Shown here piece by piece: positions 15,001 through 30,000 of a stretch of DNA of 64,000 nt. This DNA is from Adineta vaga. Its lineage: Eukaryota > Animalia > Rotifera. Each line of letters starts with the position of its first letter. Within the stretch, counting starts at the first letter, position 1. Position numbers and translations under genes: made by a program. The notes under the pieces are model-generated. The model was not told the DNA's origin and ran no database searches. It saw nothing but the letters and a program-made list of their open reading frames with translations. The DNA is taken from positions 19,902,001 to 19,966,000 of the forward strand of contig CP075492.1 in NCBI GenBank assembly GCA_021613535.1, read 5' to 3'.

Positions 15001-18000
15001 TCATGAATAGAATAATCAACATATTGAAAGGAATGATCATCATCTATAGGTAATAAATCATCAGTCTGATAGGCAAGAGAAAGATCACGAATAAAGATTA
15101 ATGTAGATGCACCATCAAAAAATGCATGATGAATAGTAAATAATATTAAATCATCTGCATTCAATAAATCATCATCATTGTTAGTTAACAAAGCATCAGA
15201 TCGATAATGGCGAAGAATATGACAATTAATAACATGTCCTTTCGATAGATCAAATAAATCAGATTGATTTAATATTCTTTTCACAATTTCACTCTTTTCA
15301 CTATTCACTTCTTCAAGATTTATCACAATAAAACTACATGATTTCACATTATCAATAAGAACATTTTCATCTAAACAATGTTGTATAATAATACCATTTG
15401 TATCAACATCAAGTGATGTTCGAAGAATATTATGTTTTCTTATGACAGATTCAAATGCATGTTGTAATCGTGCAATCGATATATGATCATTATTAGATGA
15501 AATACTAAAAAGTAATGGAATAACATACATGTTCTGATTATTATTATTGTTGTTGTTCGTAGATGAAAAACGAATTTGTTCATCTAAGAAAATACGTTCT
15601 TGTGCATAGGATGCTTTTGCTATAAACAATAAATTACAAAATATAAAAAAATATAGTTAGAAAATAAGCACTCTATACCTCTAACGAGATGTAATGAAGA
15701 CCAATGATAATTATCGATAGTGAGATTAATATGCATTATATGATGAATTAGTTGAGCATGATTCATGATGGTTGGATGTTGAAATAAATCAGAAATAGAA
15801 AGAGAATTTGTTTCTAAATTAAATTCTATTTTATAACGATGAAATAGTTGCATCATAAGTAATGAATGACCACCAATAGTAAATATATTTGTATTGATTG
15901 AGATTTGTTCGTGTTTGAGTATATCACACCAAATATGATGAATAAGAAGTTCGATTTCATTTGTTGGTTGTGTCAGTTGGATATCATTTGTGAGATGTGT
16001 CGATGGTAGATGAGAAAAGTTAGGTGAAGGAAGAAGTTTCCGATCTATTTTACCATTTGAATTCAATGGTAGTTTGTCAAGTATCATGAATATTGATGGA
16101 ATCATGTGTGATGGTAAATATGATTGACAATGTTGACGTAATTGTGTTTCATTCATATTATCAGAACTTTGAACATAAGCAATTAAATGATCATCACCCC
16201 ATTTCATCACAATACACACAGAAATAGATGATATGTTAAGTAAACATCGTTCTATTTCACCAAGTTCAATACGTTGTCCATGTAATTTGATTTGATGATC
16301 TTTTCTTCCTTGATAATGAAGAAGACCATTACTATCCCTTTTGACGAGATCACCTGTTCGATAATATATTTCACTATCGATTTCAATAAATGCTTTTGAT
16401 GTCAAATCATCACGTCCAAGATAGCCAGCAAACACGCATACTCCTCCGATGTACAGTTCACCTTCTTCGTCAAGAATAGTAACTTGCATGTATATATCCA
16501 AGATAAGACATAAATAGTTTGGCATCGCTAGACCGATTGGTATCACTGTTTTGTTTCCTAATGCAGTAATGGGTTGAAATGTTGAATTGATTGTTTCTGC
16601 TGGCCCATATATGTTCCATGTCAGACATTTTTCTTCGGTATAATTTGTTAATAAGTTACTTAGATCGATAGTAAATGCTTCACCTGGTGAAAGAAAACAA
16701 GTTTGAGAATAGAATAGTCTATTTTAATATTTCTTACCGCTAATACAAAGAGACCTTAAACATAAACTCTGAATCAACTGGGAAGTGTCAATAAAAAAAG
16801 AGAACAAGGCTCGGAACAGACTTGGTACAGCTTGTATACAATTTATCTGTTTTTGTTTTATCACTTTAGTAAAATACTCGAGATCCAATATTCCGTCAGG
16901 ACGAAGCATAACTAATGTTCCACCAATGATTACTGTTCCCATTATTTCTAAAAGATGAACATCAAAAGAGCAGCGTACAGTTTGCGCAACGATGTCATTC
17001 CTATTAACCGCATCGATGGAAACCATTGATTGCATACATTCAAAAATATTTCCATGTCGAATTTGGATCTATCAACAAAAGAAATAACGACATAATGTAA
17101 ACTTATTACCTTCAGTACTAACCGCTTTTGGTGTTCCAGTTGAACCACTTGTAAAGATGATGTAAGCTATGTTATGAGATGTCACTCTTATACTTGATAA
17201 TTCATCAATATCAACATTATTCTCCATATCATTGTTAGTTAATATAGAATCCATATTAACTAAGATAATATTATCATTAAACTTCTCTTTAGTCAATGAA
17301 TGAACAAGAACAAGACGAGATTGAGTTTGTTCTATGAGAGAATATAATCGATGTTGTGGATCTCGTGCTGATAATGGACAATAAACACTACCAATCATTT
17401 CAATGGCCATTATACCAATAACCTATTCAAGATCAATATTCATTCTCATTCTCATTCTCATTCTCATCAACTACTCACCATTGATATACTTCTCTCGACA
17501 CATTGACAAATTATTTCACCTACACAAATATGATATTCATTGAGTAGATTCGAAGATAACAATTGAACATAATACAAAAGTTCAGAATATGTCAAAGATT
17601 GATCATCTAATTCAACAGCTAACTTTTGTGGATATATCTTTGCTTTCGAAGCAAACTCATGATGAATACAATTAGTAGTAGTCGAAGAAGAAGGAAATGA
17701 TATTTGTGTTTGATTTAGAGATTGTATTAGAAATTGTTCATTTGGTAACAGTAATGATAACTCATAGATTGATGTCTCTTTTCTAGTAGTATGAATAGAT
17801 GTCGATAAATGATGTAACATTGAATGAAATTGATGTGAAATCTTTTCAATTGTCTTCACATTGAATAAATCAAGAGATGCATTGATTGTGCATGAGAGTT
17901 CATTCATATCTAGATTATGTTGATAACTAACGATAAAATCAAATTTACTCATGATTTCATCTTCACTAATCTTAAGTGACAATGGTACTAAAGAAAGTTG

Positions 18001-21000
18001 ACTATCACCAATTCTTATTTCATTATTGTTGTTATATGATATGAATTCAAATGATATGTCGAGAAATGCAGGATGTAATATATTAGGATGTTGATCAAGG
18101 ATACGTTGAAGTGGAAAATATGAATATTTCATACTATTTCTTATCATTTCACTAACATAATCGAGTAGTTGACAAAAAGACCAATGAGAATCTAATTGGC
18201 ATCGTAATGGAATAGCATTTACAAACATACCAATCACTGACTTGAGTTCATCTCTATATCGACCATGTGTATTCATTCCAATGCATAGATCATTTTCTCT
18301 ATTTGTTAATTTAAATAAGAAGATGTAGTAGATTGCAAGAGATAGATGTTCGATGGAATGATTGTGTGCGGATGCATAGGAAAGAAGATGACGTGAAAGA
18401 TCTTGACCAAAATCAAAAGAAATGAATGTTCCACGACCTGTTCGATGTTCATTTACAAGACGATATCGATCATATGGTAATGATAAAGATTGATCAAGTT
18501 TGCAATCATAAAGAGTATCATGCCAAAACAGATTTGCGCCACTCATCGGCATTTGTCGTTCAATAACAGCATCTAGATGAAAAAGAAAGAATCGATGAAT
18601 TAAGAAAGAAATAGAGTTTTAGTTACAATCAACATAACGTGGAATAGTATCATCGGTGTTAGATAGTTGACTTGTTGTATATGCTTGATTAAGATCATGA
18701 AGAAACACATTCATTGATGGAACATCAAAAGTAGCATGATGAAAATTGAAAATAATTACATCTTTGTCAGAGAGAAGATCATTTGAAGAGATGTGTTTGT
18801 AGTAAATAAGATGACATCGAAAGACAAGACCTTGAGCTAGATGAAAAAGTTGAGGATTACGTTTTTCTTCATGTATTATATTAGTGAGTTGTTGATGTGT
18901 TTCATAAGTGCTTTGAATAAATGTAAATAATGTATTGTTATCATTGTTCGAAGTCATGATTTGTTGCATGAGTGAATTATTGTCTTTGTGAAAGGTTAAT
19001 GAGGTACGAAGTGATTCATGTTTTGTAAGAAGTAGTTGAAGAGCATCACGAAGATGTGGTACTGATAAGTTATGGTCTGAGTGGAGACGATAAACAAATG
19101 GCATATTGTGAATTGTCGGAAAGGATTGATCTGTATGAAAATATATTTGATTATCATGCCATATCCGATATTGTGCAAAAGATGCTGGTGCTAGAATAAA
19201 GGCAATCATGATTCAGTGTTTTTCAGATAACTAAAGACAACGATCATCAAATGATGTTGGGTATTCGTAGTCTAATTTTTTCCAGTAGGTTGCTTCTCTA
19301 AGTACATAGTAGATTTTTGCATGTTAATACTACACGCTAAATAAAAAAGACGTATTACGAAACCTATCGAAAAGGTTCTGTAAATGTCAAAAGCTTCAGA
19401 ATGCGTTGATAAAGCGAAAGAAATGGTTTTGAAAATGTACGAACTCTTAAAAGGATCTAACCGCGGGTACACGCCCCGAACCATCGTCTACGAAACCTCT
19501 TCAAGTTTCGTACAGGGAAAAAAGGTTTCATATCTGCTCACGAAACCTTATTGCATTCGTATAAAACCACAGTGCTGAACCCCAAGATTTCGCATTTTCT
19601 GACGGAGCCGTTTTTTCGCCGTACAAAACTCAAAATGCTTTCGCAGATGATGGTTCGGAGCGTGTACCCGCGCTCAGATGCTTTTAAGGGTTCGTAGATT
19701 TTGAAAACCATTTCTTTCGATTTGTCAACGCATTCTGAAGCTTTTGACATTTACGGAACCTTTTCGATGGGTTTGGTAATACACCTTTTTTTATTTAGAG
19801 TGTACGTTAACCTTCGTTTTTGTGTACTCAAAACAAGGGGAAAAGGCAGACTTGAAGTACAAAAGTATGTCAAAGTACAAAAGCAGTTCAAAGTATGTAG
19901 AAGTAGTCGAAGTAGCTGAAAGTACTTGAAGTAGCTGAAAGTACGTATAAAGTAGCGTAAAGTACTTAAAAGTGATTCCAGGTACTTATAAAGTAGCTGA
20001 AAATATGCGTAAAGTTCGCAAAAGTACTTCAAAGTCCAAAAGTCTGCCTTTTCCCCCTTGACTTGAAAAGTGAGTACACCTCTAGAAGCGGTCTGTATGT
20101 CTGTCCGTCCGTCCGGTAATTCGATAACTCTGCACAACTACATTCGATCGAGCTGAAATTTTTGTGCGTAGAGTTGTCTCATCAATATCTTAGTCGAGTT
20201 CGAAGATGAGCTTAATCGATTTTTGTCATTGCTGACTTACAGAAAAATTTCCCAATATCTCTATGTATAAAGTAGCCTGTTTCGCTGTCTGTTTGCCTAT
20301 TCGCTACCCATTCATTTTCTCAAAAAGCTAAGGTCACAATGTGGTTGGCATCATCAGGGTGAGTGTAACGAATCAATGAAAAAACGTCACATGCTTATAA
20401 TTATTTGTCCTTACTTTGCACTTTGCCCCTTTTGTCCTTCGGAAGAGTATATAAGTGATCAGAGATCCAAGCAGGTCAGTATTTTATAAACCTCGCCTGC
20501 CTTCGTGTGAAGGCCTGATTATTTTTTATCCCAATAATATAACAACAATAACAGTAACTTTATTGTTCGATTCTGCAGAACTTCTCGAGACTGACTTGAA
20601 TAAATTAGATGATTACACTGAAAACTCTGTGCGATGAAAATGAATGAAGCATCTCGGTATTTACAGTGTAGACTAGCTTGTTTTTTCTTCGTTACCAGGA
20701 TGACATAAGAGTTGAAGTGAAACATGAAAAAGTTGCTTTAGAATTGCTCTTTAGTTATTGATAGTCAAGAAACACTTAGAGTAACTTATAGGAAGCTTGA
20801 ACTAAGAAGTAACTAATCTGCAGAAAAACAAACCGACGAAATTTTAGTATCCATCATTAATAAAATGTTAACATGAAAGAGTGAGGTTTTCAACAGAATA
20901 CCGTATTTTAGATCAAATAAGAACTGCCGTTTACAAGAAAAAGAACAAAGTAGTATAGTAACAACATAGGGATAAATCATATTTCTGGTTTATGAACATT

Positions 21001-24000
21001 CTGGATGAATCTGATAGATAAAAAAGTCTCCTGGCGTATTGTGACCAAGAGACATTCGATCCCCATTAACCACTTAATCTGTGTCAGACAATGCTGCTTC
21101 GTCTGGGTCGAATCAACGTGAAACTGAAAATATTCATCAGCAAGTAATGATGAATCATGAGTTGCCTAGTTCGAATTATAATATAAATGCACATTTAGCT
21201 CAATAATATCACTTCGAAAATAAATGACAAAACTTGAACTAGATTGTTTCTATAAAACAGGAATACTTTTTCTTCTATCTATAATTAATTATAACTCTCG
21301 TAGAGTATATTTCTGCAAAAATAGGAATAGGTAGGAATAGTTTTATTTCAGTTGGTATTCAATACAATACAAAAATATACACATATATATATATCTATTT
21401 ATGAATTTTATTTACTGAAAACAAAAGCTAAATCTTGATCTACCAACAACTATGTCTATAAACGCTTTTACAAAATCATCATTTATATTCGAAGTCGAAT
21501 TAGGCAGCTACTCTGATGAATATGTGAACTCGTGTCGATGAGCTTTCGACAATGATATAAGATTTAAATATATTTAAGTATTTTTTATATTATTTTCAAA
21601 TATCTATCTATTTTGTCACATCTGAATACTACCTTGAAGATGACCTTATCTGCATCTTTTTTACTGATCACATACGAAGAAATAAAGGAAAGCGCTGTTC
21701 CATCAACACTAAATCTTCTTCTATCAAAAATTATCTCAGTGAAAGTCAGCAGAAAGACGTTAGTGACTTTCAGCTAAGACTTCTTTGTATTATTTCACTT
21801 TATCAAAGTAATTTTTTGTGTGTTAATTGGTGAAAAATGTAGAAATTCATTCAAAAGCATGATTTCTCTTAATTTGAAGGCTTCAGATGAACATAATCCA
21901 GCTATCAACAATATGTTATTGAGAACAGATTGAGTACCTGGTACTTTTTCAAGTGTACGGAGAAACGGAGCGCATAACTAGAATCAATTGATGTGTCCGT
22001 CCATCGGTTCGTTTACACGATAACTCCCGAAAGGCTAATCCAATTATGATGAAATTTGCTAGAGTATTGTCACATCAATATCTCGCTCGAGTACGAAGAT
22101 GAGTCGAATTCGACGAGTCATTACTGACTTATTGAAAAAATACTGATGTTTCCCTATATCTTCTATCTCATACATTTTTTGCAGTACACACAATTTTCGG
22201 ATAAAATCCGAAGTTTCCGCATTTATTTCCTGATACAATAAAGTATATACAACACATCGTTAATCTCGCAAAAGGTTTAAGTTTTATAGACAATCTTAAC
22301 TACTTTCTATACTAACAAAGTAAAGTATTCTGGTAAAATAAGGTAACAACACCATAGCTTGCATGTAGAAAAAAGATTCGCGCAAATATTATTGCTTTTC
22401 ATTGTATATTTTTTATTAGTGCATTGTTAGTCTTCATTAAGCCGTCATGGTTGGTTGATTACGTTGTTCGACACGTAAATACAAGGTACTGTGTTCAAAC
22501 CTCAGTATGTTGGACAGAAGACAGTGCAGATGCCACCGTTCGTAAAAAGAAAAAGACGGTAGAACCCGGCTGTATGTGGAAAAAATAAATAATAACCGCG
22601 GCCGGCCCCTTCGGGGATCAACCCTATGGGACGTTATTATTATTATTAGTCCTCATTGCAAAACTGTTTCTGACACGTATCTAATTGCGGCCGAACTCAT
22701 CAAAAACACCATTTAGGGCCTTTGTTTTCTGAACATTTACATTAGCACATACTAATAAACATTCACTATGTACTTTTATATCTGCAACTCCATAAAAATT
22801 CTGTTTTGAAGTTTCATTTAATTGCATCAGAAGATGTACAGAATGTATTACACTTCTGCTACTATACAAAAATTCCACTACATCGTATTTCGGTTTAGCT
22901 AAAACGAAAGTAGAATTTGGAGTAGTGTTTTGTTGAAAATGCACATGATAAACATATTTCGAAGAAGAAAAGTCTTTATGGAAAATAGATTACTAGGTAA
23001 ATTCTACTGTGAAGATCGGAACTCATAACAAAATTATTAGTCTTGAAATCGAAATGATATAAGTTCTGTTAGTGTGAACAGAATGTGCAATCTAAAAAAG
23101 AGGAATTTTACCGAACCTATATCGAGGAGAAGATCCTTTGGCGTTTCGTATCGATTTACTGAACCAAAAAAAGTCATTAGAATGTTCACCAATCTTTTTT
23201 TAGATCAGCAAATCGTACAAAACCTCAAAGGATCTTCCGTTCGATACAGGTTGGGTAAAATTCATCTTTTTTTAGAATATAGTTGTACATAAAAATAAAT
23301 GCTTAAAATACAATATTCTTAAAGTCAATTGGTGAGCATTCTTTCCTTCATACATACATCATATGGTGAACTTATTTACTATAAACCACATCAACATTTA
23401 CTTTTCGATAACTAGAAACATAGAAAACGAAAAATCATACCTTTATTCATGATATTTTTCGATCTATGAAACACTTTTGCTTGTATTTCGTCAACTTCTT
23501 CTGACAGGATAAGACTAAGTTTCGATATAGGTGTGAAACATGTATCCATTCGATCAATCATTTGTCTTGATGAGAACAATTGTTCCAAACAAAATGAAAA
23601 TCTTCGAGTTATACTAACAACTGTTATCTTATCAAACAAATCATTAGAACAAACCAAACTAAATAATAATTTATTGTCTTTCAACGTTGGATTATAAGTA
23701 AATGATAGCATAAAGTCAAATAGAGCTACTCTGCAGGACTCATCCAACGACACGCCTTCTAAATTTATACCGCTTAAACGTAAATGGTTCATATCTTCAA
23801 ACGCGTTAACAAAAAGAAACACTGTTTCAAGAAATGAAGCATTTGATTGATTAACATGTAGATCACTAAGAATATGTTGAAGTGGATAATGAGAATGTTC
23901 AAGTATTGATAAACATTTCTCTTGTACATATGTAACAACTTCATTGAATGACCAATGATGATCAAGTTGAATACGATATGGTAATGTTGACACAAACATT

Positions 24001-27000
24001 CCTATCACATTGATGATTTCACTTCGATATCGATTAGCATTTATACTAGCAATACATATATCATTTTCATGATGAGTTAATTTGAATAGAAAGACATAAA
24101 ATATCGAGAGTCCAAGTTGAAAAAGTGTCAGATGATGTGATGAGGCATAATTTAGAAATGATGTACATATATCATCATCAAAAGTAATTTCAACAGTAGA
24201 AGCTAAGCCTGTTCGTTGATTCGTTGATAAACGAGATCGATCAATTGGTAATAATAATTGATGATCAAGATTATATCCTTTGAGCTCTGATCGCCAGAAG
24301 TGTTGAGATAATGTCATATCCATAATATGTTCATGAATAGAATAATCAACATATTGAAAGGAATGATCATCATCTATAGGTAATAAATCATCAGTCTGAT
24401 AGGCAAGAGAAAGATCACGAATAAAGATTAATGTAGATGCACCATCAAAAAATGCATGATGAATAGTAAATAATATCAAATCATCTGCATTCAATAAATC
24501 ATCATCATTGTTAGTTAACAAAGCATCAGATCGATAATGGCGAAGAATATGACAATTAATAACATGTCCTTTCGATAGATCAAATAAATCAGATTGATTT
24601 AATATTCTTTTCACAATTTCACTCTTTTCACTATTCACTTCTTCAAGATTTATCACAATAAAACTACATGATTTCACATTATCAATAAGAACATTTTCAT
24701 CTAAACAATGTTGTATAATAATACCATTTGTATCAACATCAAGTGATGTTCGAAGAATATTATGTTTTCTTATGACAGATTCAAATGCATGTTGTAATCG
24801 TGCAATCGATATATGATCATTATTAGATGAAATACTAAAAAGTAATGGAATAACATACATGTTCTGATTATTATTATTGTTGTTGTTCGTAGATGAAAAA
24901 CGAATTTGTTCATCTAAGAAAATGCGTTCTTGAGCAAAGGATGCTTTAGCTGAAATGAAAAGTAGAATGTGATTATGAGAATGCTTTTCAAATTATACTA
25001 GTTACCTGTAAGGATATTTAATGAACGCCAAGAATGATCATCTTTACTCAATTCGGTATTGAGAATCTGATGAATTAGTTGAGCATGATTCATGATGGTT
25101 GGATGTTGAAATAAATCAGAAATAGAAAGAGAATTTGTTTCTAAATTAAATTCTATTTTATAACGATGAAATAGTTGCATCATAAGTAATGAATGTCCAC
25201 CAAGAGTAAATATATTTGTATTAATTGAGATTTGCTTTTGTTTGAGTATATCACACCAAATTTGATGAATAAGCAGTTCGATTTCATTTGTTGGTTCTAA
25301 GAATTCGTTAGTGTTGTTAAGTTTAGTAGAAGCAAGAGAAACAGAATCAGGTAATGGAAGAGACTTTCGATCGACTTTTACCATTTGAATTCAATGGTAG
25401 TTTGTCAAGTATCATGAATATTGATGGAATCATATGTGGTGGTAGATGTGATTGGCAATATTCGCGTAATTCGTCTTCATTTACGAGCGAACTTTGAACA
25501 TAAGCAACTAAATGATCTTCACCCCATTTCATAACAATACACACAGATATAGATGATATGTTAAGTAAACATCGTTCGATTTCACCAAGTTCAATTCTTT
25601 GACCATGTAATTTGATTTGATGATCTTTTCTTCCTTGATAATGAAGAAGACCATTACTATCCCTTTTGACGAGATCACCTGTTCGATAATATATTTCACT
25701 ATCGATTTCAATAAATGCTTTTGATGTCAAATCATCACGTCCAAGATAGCCAGCAAAGACACCAACTCCTCCTACAAACAATTCAGCTTCTTCATTGATC
25801 ATCACATTTTGCAAGAATTCATCTAGAACTAGAGTTCGATAATTTGCAAGGGGTGCACCTATGGGAATGCTCTGTATATTGGATGATATGTTGATATCAT
25901 AGAATGTACAGTCAATAGTTGTTTCCGCTGGTCCATATAGATTCCATAGAAGACAGTTTTGCAAATTGATGTTTTTGATTGAATCAATCAATTTAATCGT
26001 GAAAGGTTCACCTATAAATGAAAAATCAAATGAGTTAAGATGAAGAAACAACTAGATGTTATTTGCTCACCACTACTGCAAAGTGATCGAAGATATGCGA
26101 AGCCATCAGACATATTACATAGTTTCACAAAAGCGAAAAAACTCTGTAATAAACTCGGTACAGCATGCATATATGTGATTTGTTTATTTCGTAAAACTTC
26201 ATATAAATAATCAAAATCAATTGTTCCTCTTGGATGAAGCATAACTAATGTGGCACCATGGATTAAAATACCAAGTATTTCTTGAACATGAATATCAAAT
26301 GAACATCGTGCCATTTGTATAGCTATATCGTATTGATTGAATGAATCAATAAAAGTTAAAGAATCGATACATTTAACGAAATTCTCATGTCGAACTTGAG
26401 CCTACAAAGAAGAAGAGTAAAAACAGTTAAATATTTAAAAAAAAGAAGGAAACAATTAACAAACCGCTTTTGGTATTCCAGTTGAACCACTTGTAAAGAT
26501 GATGTAAGCTATGTTATGAGATGTCACTCTTATACTTGATAATTCATCAATATCAACATTATTCTCCATATCATTGTTAGTTAATATAGAATCCATATTA
26601 ACTAAGATAATATTATCATTAAACTTCTCTTTAGTCAATGAATGAACAAGAACAAGACGAGATTGAGTTTGTTCTATGAGAGAATATAATCGATGTTGTG
26701 GATCTCGTGCTGATAATGGACAATAAACACTACCAATCATTTCAATGGCCATTATACCAATAACCTATTCAAGATCAATATTCATTCTCATTCTCATTCT
26801 CATTCTCATCAACTACTCACCATTGATATACTTCTCTCGACACATTGACAAATTATTTCACCTACACAAATATGATATTCATTGAGTAGATTCGAAGATA
26901 ACAATTGAACATAATACAATAGTTCAGAATATGTCAAAGATTGATCATCTAATTCAACAGCTAACTTTTGTGGATATATCTTTGCTTTCGAAGCAAACTC

Positions 27001-30000
27001 ATGATGAATACAATTAGTAGTAGTCGAAGAAGAAGGAAATGATATTTGTGTTTGATTTAGAGATTGTATTAGAAATTGTTCATTTGGTAACAGTAATGAT
27101 AACTCATAGATTGATGTCTCTTTTCTAGTAGTATGAATAGATGTCGATAAATGATGTAACATTGAATGAAATTGATGTGAAATCTTTTCAATTGTCTTCA
27201 CATTGAATAAATCAAGAGATGCATTGATTGTGCATGAGAGTTCATTCATATCTAGATTATGTTGATAACTAACGATAAAATCAAATTTACTCATGATTTC
27301 ATCTTCACTAATCTTAAGTGACAATGGTACTAAAGAAAGTGGACTATCACCAATTCTTATTTCATTATTGTTGTTATATGATATGAATTCAAATGATATG
27401 TCGAGAAATGCAGGATGTAATATATTAGGATGTTGATCAAGGATACGTTGAAGTGGAAAATATGAATATTTCATACTATTTCTTATCATTTCACTAACAT
27501 AATCGAGTAGTTGACAAAAAGACCAATGAGAATCTAATTGGCATCGTAATGGAATAGCATTTACAAACATACCAATCACTGACTTGAGTTCATCTCTATA
27601 TCGACCATGTGTATTCATTCCAATGCATAGATCATTTTCTCTATTTGTTAATTTAAATAAGAAGATGTAGTAGATAGCAAGAGATAGATGTTCGATGGAA
27701 TGATTGTGTGCGGATGCATAGGAAAGAAGATGACGTGAAAGATCTTGACCAAAATCAAAAGAAATGAATGTTCCACGACCTGTTCGATGTTCATTTACAA
27801 GACGATATCGATCATATGGTAATGATAAAGATCGATCAAGTTTGCAATCATAAAGAGTATCATGCCAAAACAGATTTGCGCCACTCATCGGCATTTGTCG
27901 TTCAATAACAGCATCTAGATGAAAAAGAAAGAATCGATGAATTAAGAAAGAAATAGAGTTTTAGTTACAATCAACATAACGTGGAATAGTATCATCGGTG
28001 TTAGATAGTTGACTTGTTGTATATGCTTGATTAAGATCATGAAGAAACACATTCATTGATGGAACATCAAAAGTAGCATGATGAAAATTGAAAATGATTA
28101 CATCTTTGTCAGAGAGAAGATCATTTGAAGAGATGTGTTTGTAGTAAATAAGATGGCATCGAAAGACAAGACCTTGAGCTAGATGAAAAAGTTGAGGATT
28201 GTATTTTTCATCGTATAAGATTTCATGAAGTTGTTGATGTGTTTCATAAGTGCTTTGAATAAATGTAAATAATGTATTGTTATCATTGTTCGAAGTCATG
28301 ATTTGTTGCATGAGTGAATTATTGTCTTTGTGAAAGGTTAATGAGGTACGAAGTGATTCATGTTTTGTAAGAAGTAGTTGAAGAGCATCACGAAGATGTG
28401 GTACTGATAAGTTATGGTCTGAGTGGAGACGATAAACAAAAGGCATATTGTAGATTGCTACTTGTGGTTTCTCAGGATCGAAACGAATTTGTTCATCAGG
28501 CCAAATACGAGTTTGTGTATATGAAGCTGGAGCTACAACGATGAAAATTCCTTATTAGCTCGTTGGCGACGCGTGACGTATATCTACGTCCGCGTTCCAA
28601 TCAGCTCATGGTTGCTTTGCATGTAGCTCTTTGAATATTCATGTGATCTACGCTAATACAATGGTATCATATTAAAGGAATAGCGATATGATGATCTTCT
28701 TGTCACAATGGCTTTCGTCTAATTTAGCAGATAGATTGAACTTTTATTCTTTATGAGCAAAGAAAGATTTGTTGGTGATACAAGGATTTCTATCAGTGTT
28801 GATTGCGTCGATTTAAATAAGTTTTAGGTCGACAGCATCTCCATTAATAGTTATTTTTCATAGATAGAAGAACATTTAGTTATAGTATTGCAAGCTACTC
28901 TTTATTTGAAGTAAAGGATATTTGAACAGTGGTCACTTCTACTACAATTTAAATGTTAAAAATATGAATTAGTATGAAATGTATCTTGTTGTATAAATAT
29001 TTTTATTGGATACATTCTTTTACTCAGTTTTTGGCGAATTAAACTCTTGGAAACATTATATGTGAGTACATCTGTATGAATTCCATTGTTATGTATTCAA
29101 AATGATCGAAACTGATAGAGGTATTTTAGCCAAATTATAAATACAAAGAGATAACGTAGGTGGATAGATAGTGAAATATTCTGGTAGTATACTGCAGTCG
29201 TTCAAACAGGCCAACATGTTATAGGCTTGATCTTTCTTTATCCTCATAATATAATATTAATGACAACAGAGACTTTATTGTTCAATTCCACTGAAGTTTT
29301 CGAGACCAATATAAACAAATTACAGGATTACATTTAAGTCTCTGCACAGATGGATTAATCGAAATGTTTCGGTATTTATCATGCTGAATGTCTTGCATTT
29401 TCTTCGTTCCCAAAATGATATAAGACTTAGAGTAAAACTTAAAAGAAACATGAACTACGAAGTAACTAATCTGCAGGAAAAAAGGTCGACGAAATTTTAC
29501 TATTCATCAGCATTGAGGTTTCAATACAGATGAAGAAGATTTTCAACAGAATACTGCACTGTAGATTAAACAATTACGGTTAAATCTGGTTACAGCTAGA
29601 GTACTATGAGCAAGAGACAATTGATTATTGTAAATCGCTAAATATGTATCTGGAAGTGCTCCTTCATATTATTTTACAATATCTGTCTGTTTTGTCGCAT
29701 TTGAATATCACCCTGAAGATAACGTTATCTGCATCCTTTTTACTCCTCACGATCGGATATTTTTTAACAGTATACTGAACTCTCAGATAATCATAACAAT
29801 TGATAATTATGGGTGGATAATGCAATAGGAATATGTATGAGATGAAATTATACGACCATCAAACTTACAATTTGCTCGTAGAGATCTATATGAATAAGAA
29901 AATGTCTATCGCCCACTCCTGTGACAAAAGTCAGCTGTTTCTCCTTCTTTGCACAGACTTTTGACGTCATGCTCATGATAAATCCTTATAAGATCGAACT

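Noticed and set aside
19272-20137. Mirror-image ORFs (MSKASECVDK) as a gene pair
   Set aside because: They are by-products of a foldback MITE and an adjacent repeat-rich MITE inside an intron.
22441-22520. tRNA gene
   Set aside because: No convincing cloverleaf; the body and (ATT)n tail fit a SINE.
4678-24949. Epimerisation domains after each T domain
   Set aside because: The motifs are C-like (HHAFFDGAS, IGMFVSTLPYR) and the T domains read GGHS, not GGDS; no E-domain signatures were seen.
1-28532. NRPS repeats as a pure assembly duplication
   Set aside because: Each cassette has unique long introns, TE insertions and A-domain cores; local mis-polishing remains possible.
28552-28720. Helitron 3' end (hairpin plus CTAA) next to an NRPS splice acceptor
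   Set aside because: The hairpin gacgta-gata-tacgtc is short and no matching 5' end or second copy was found.
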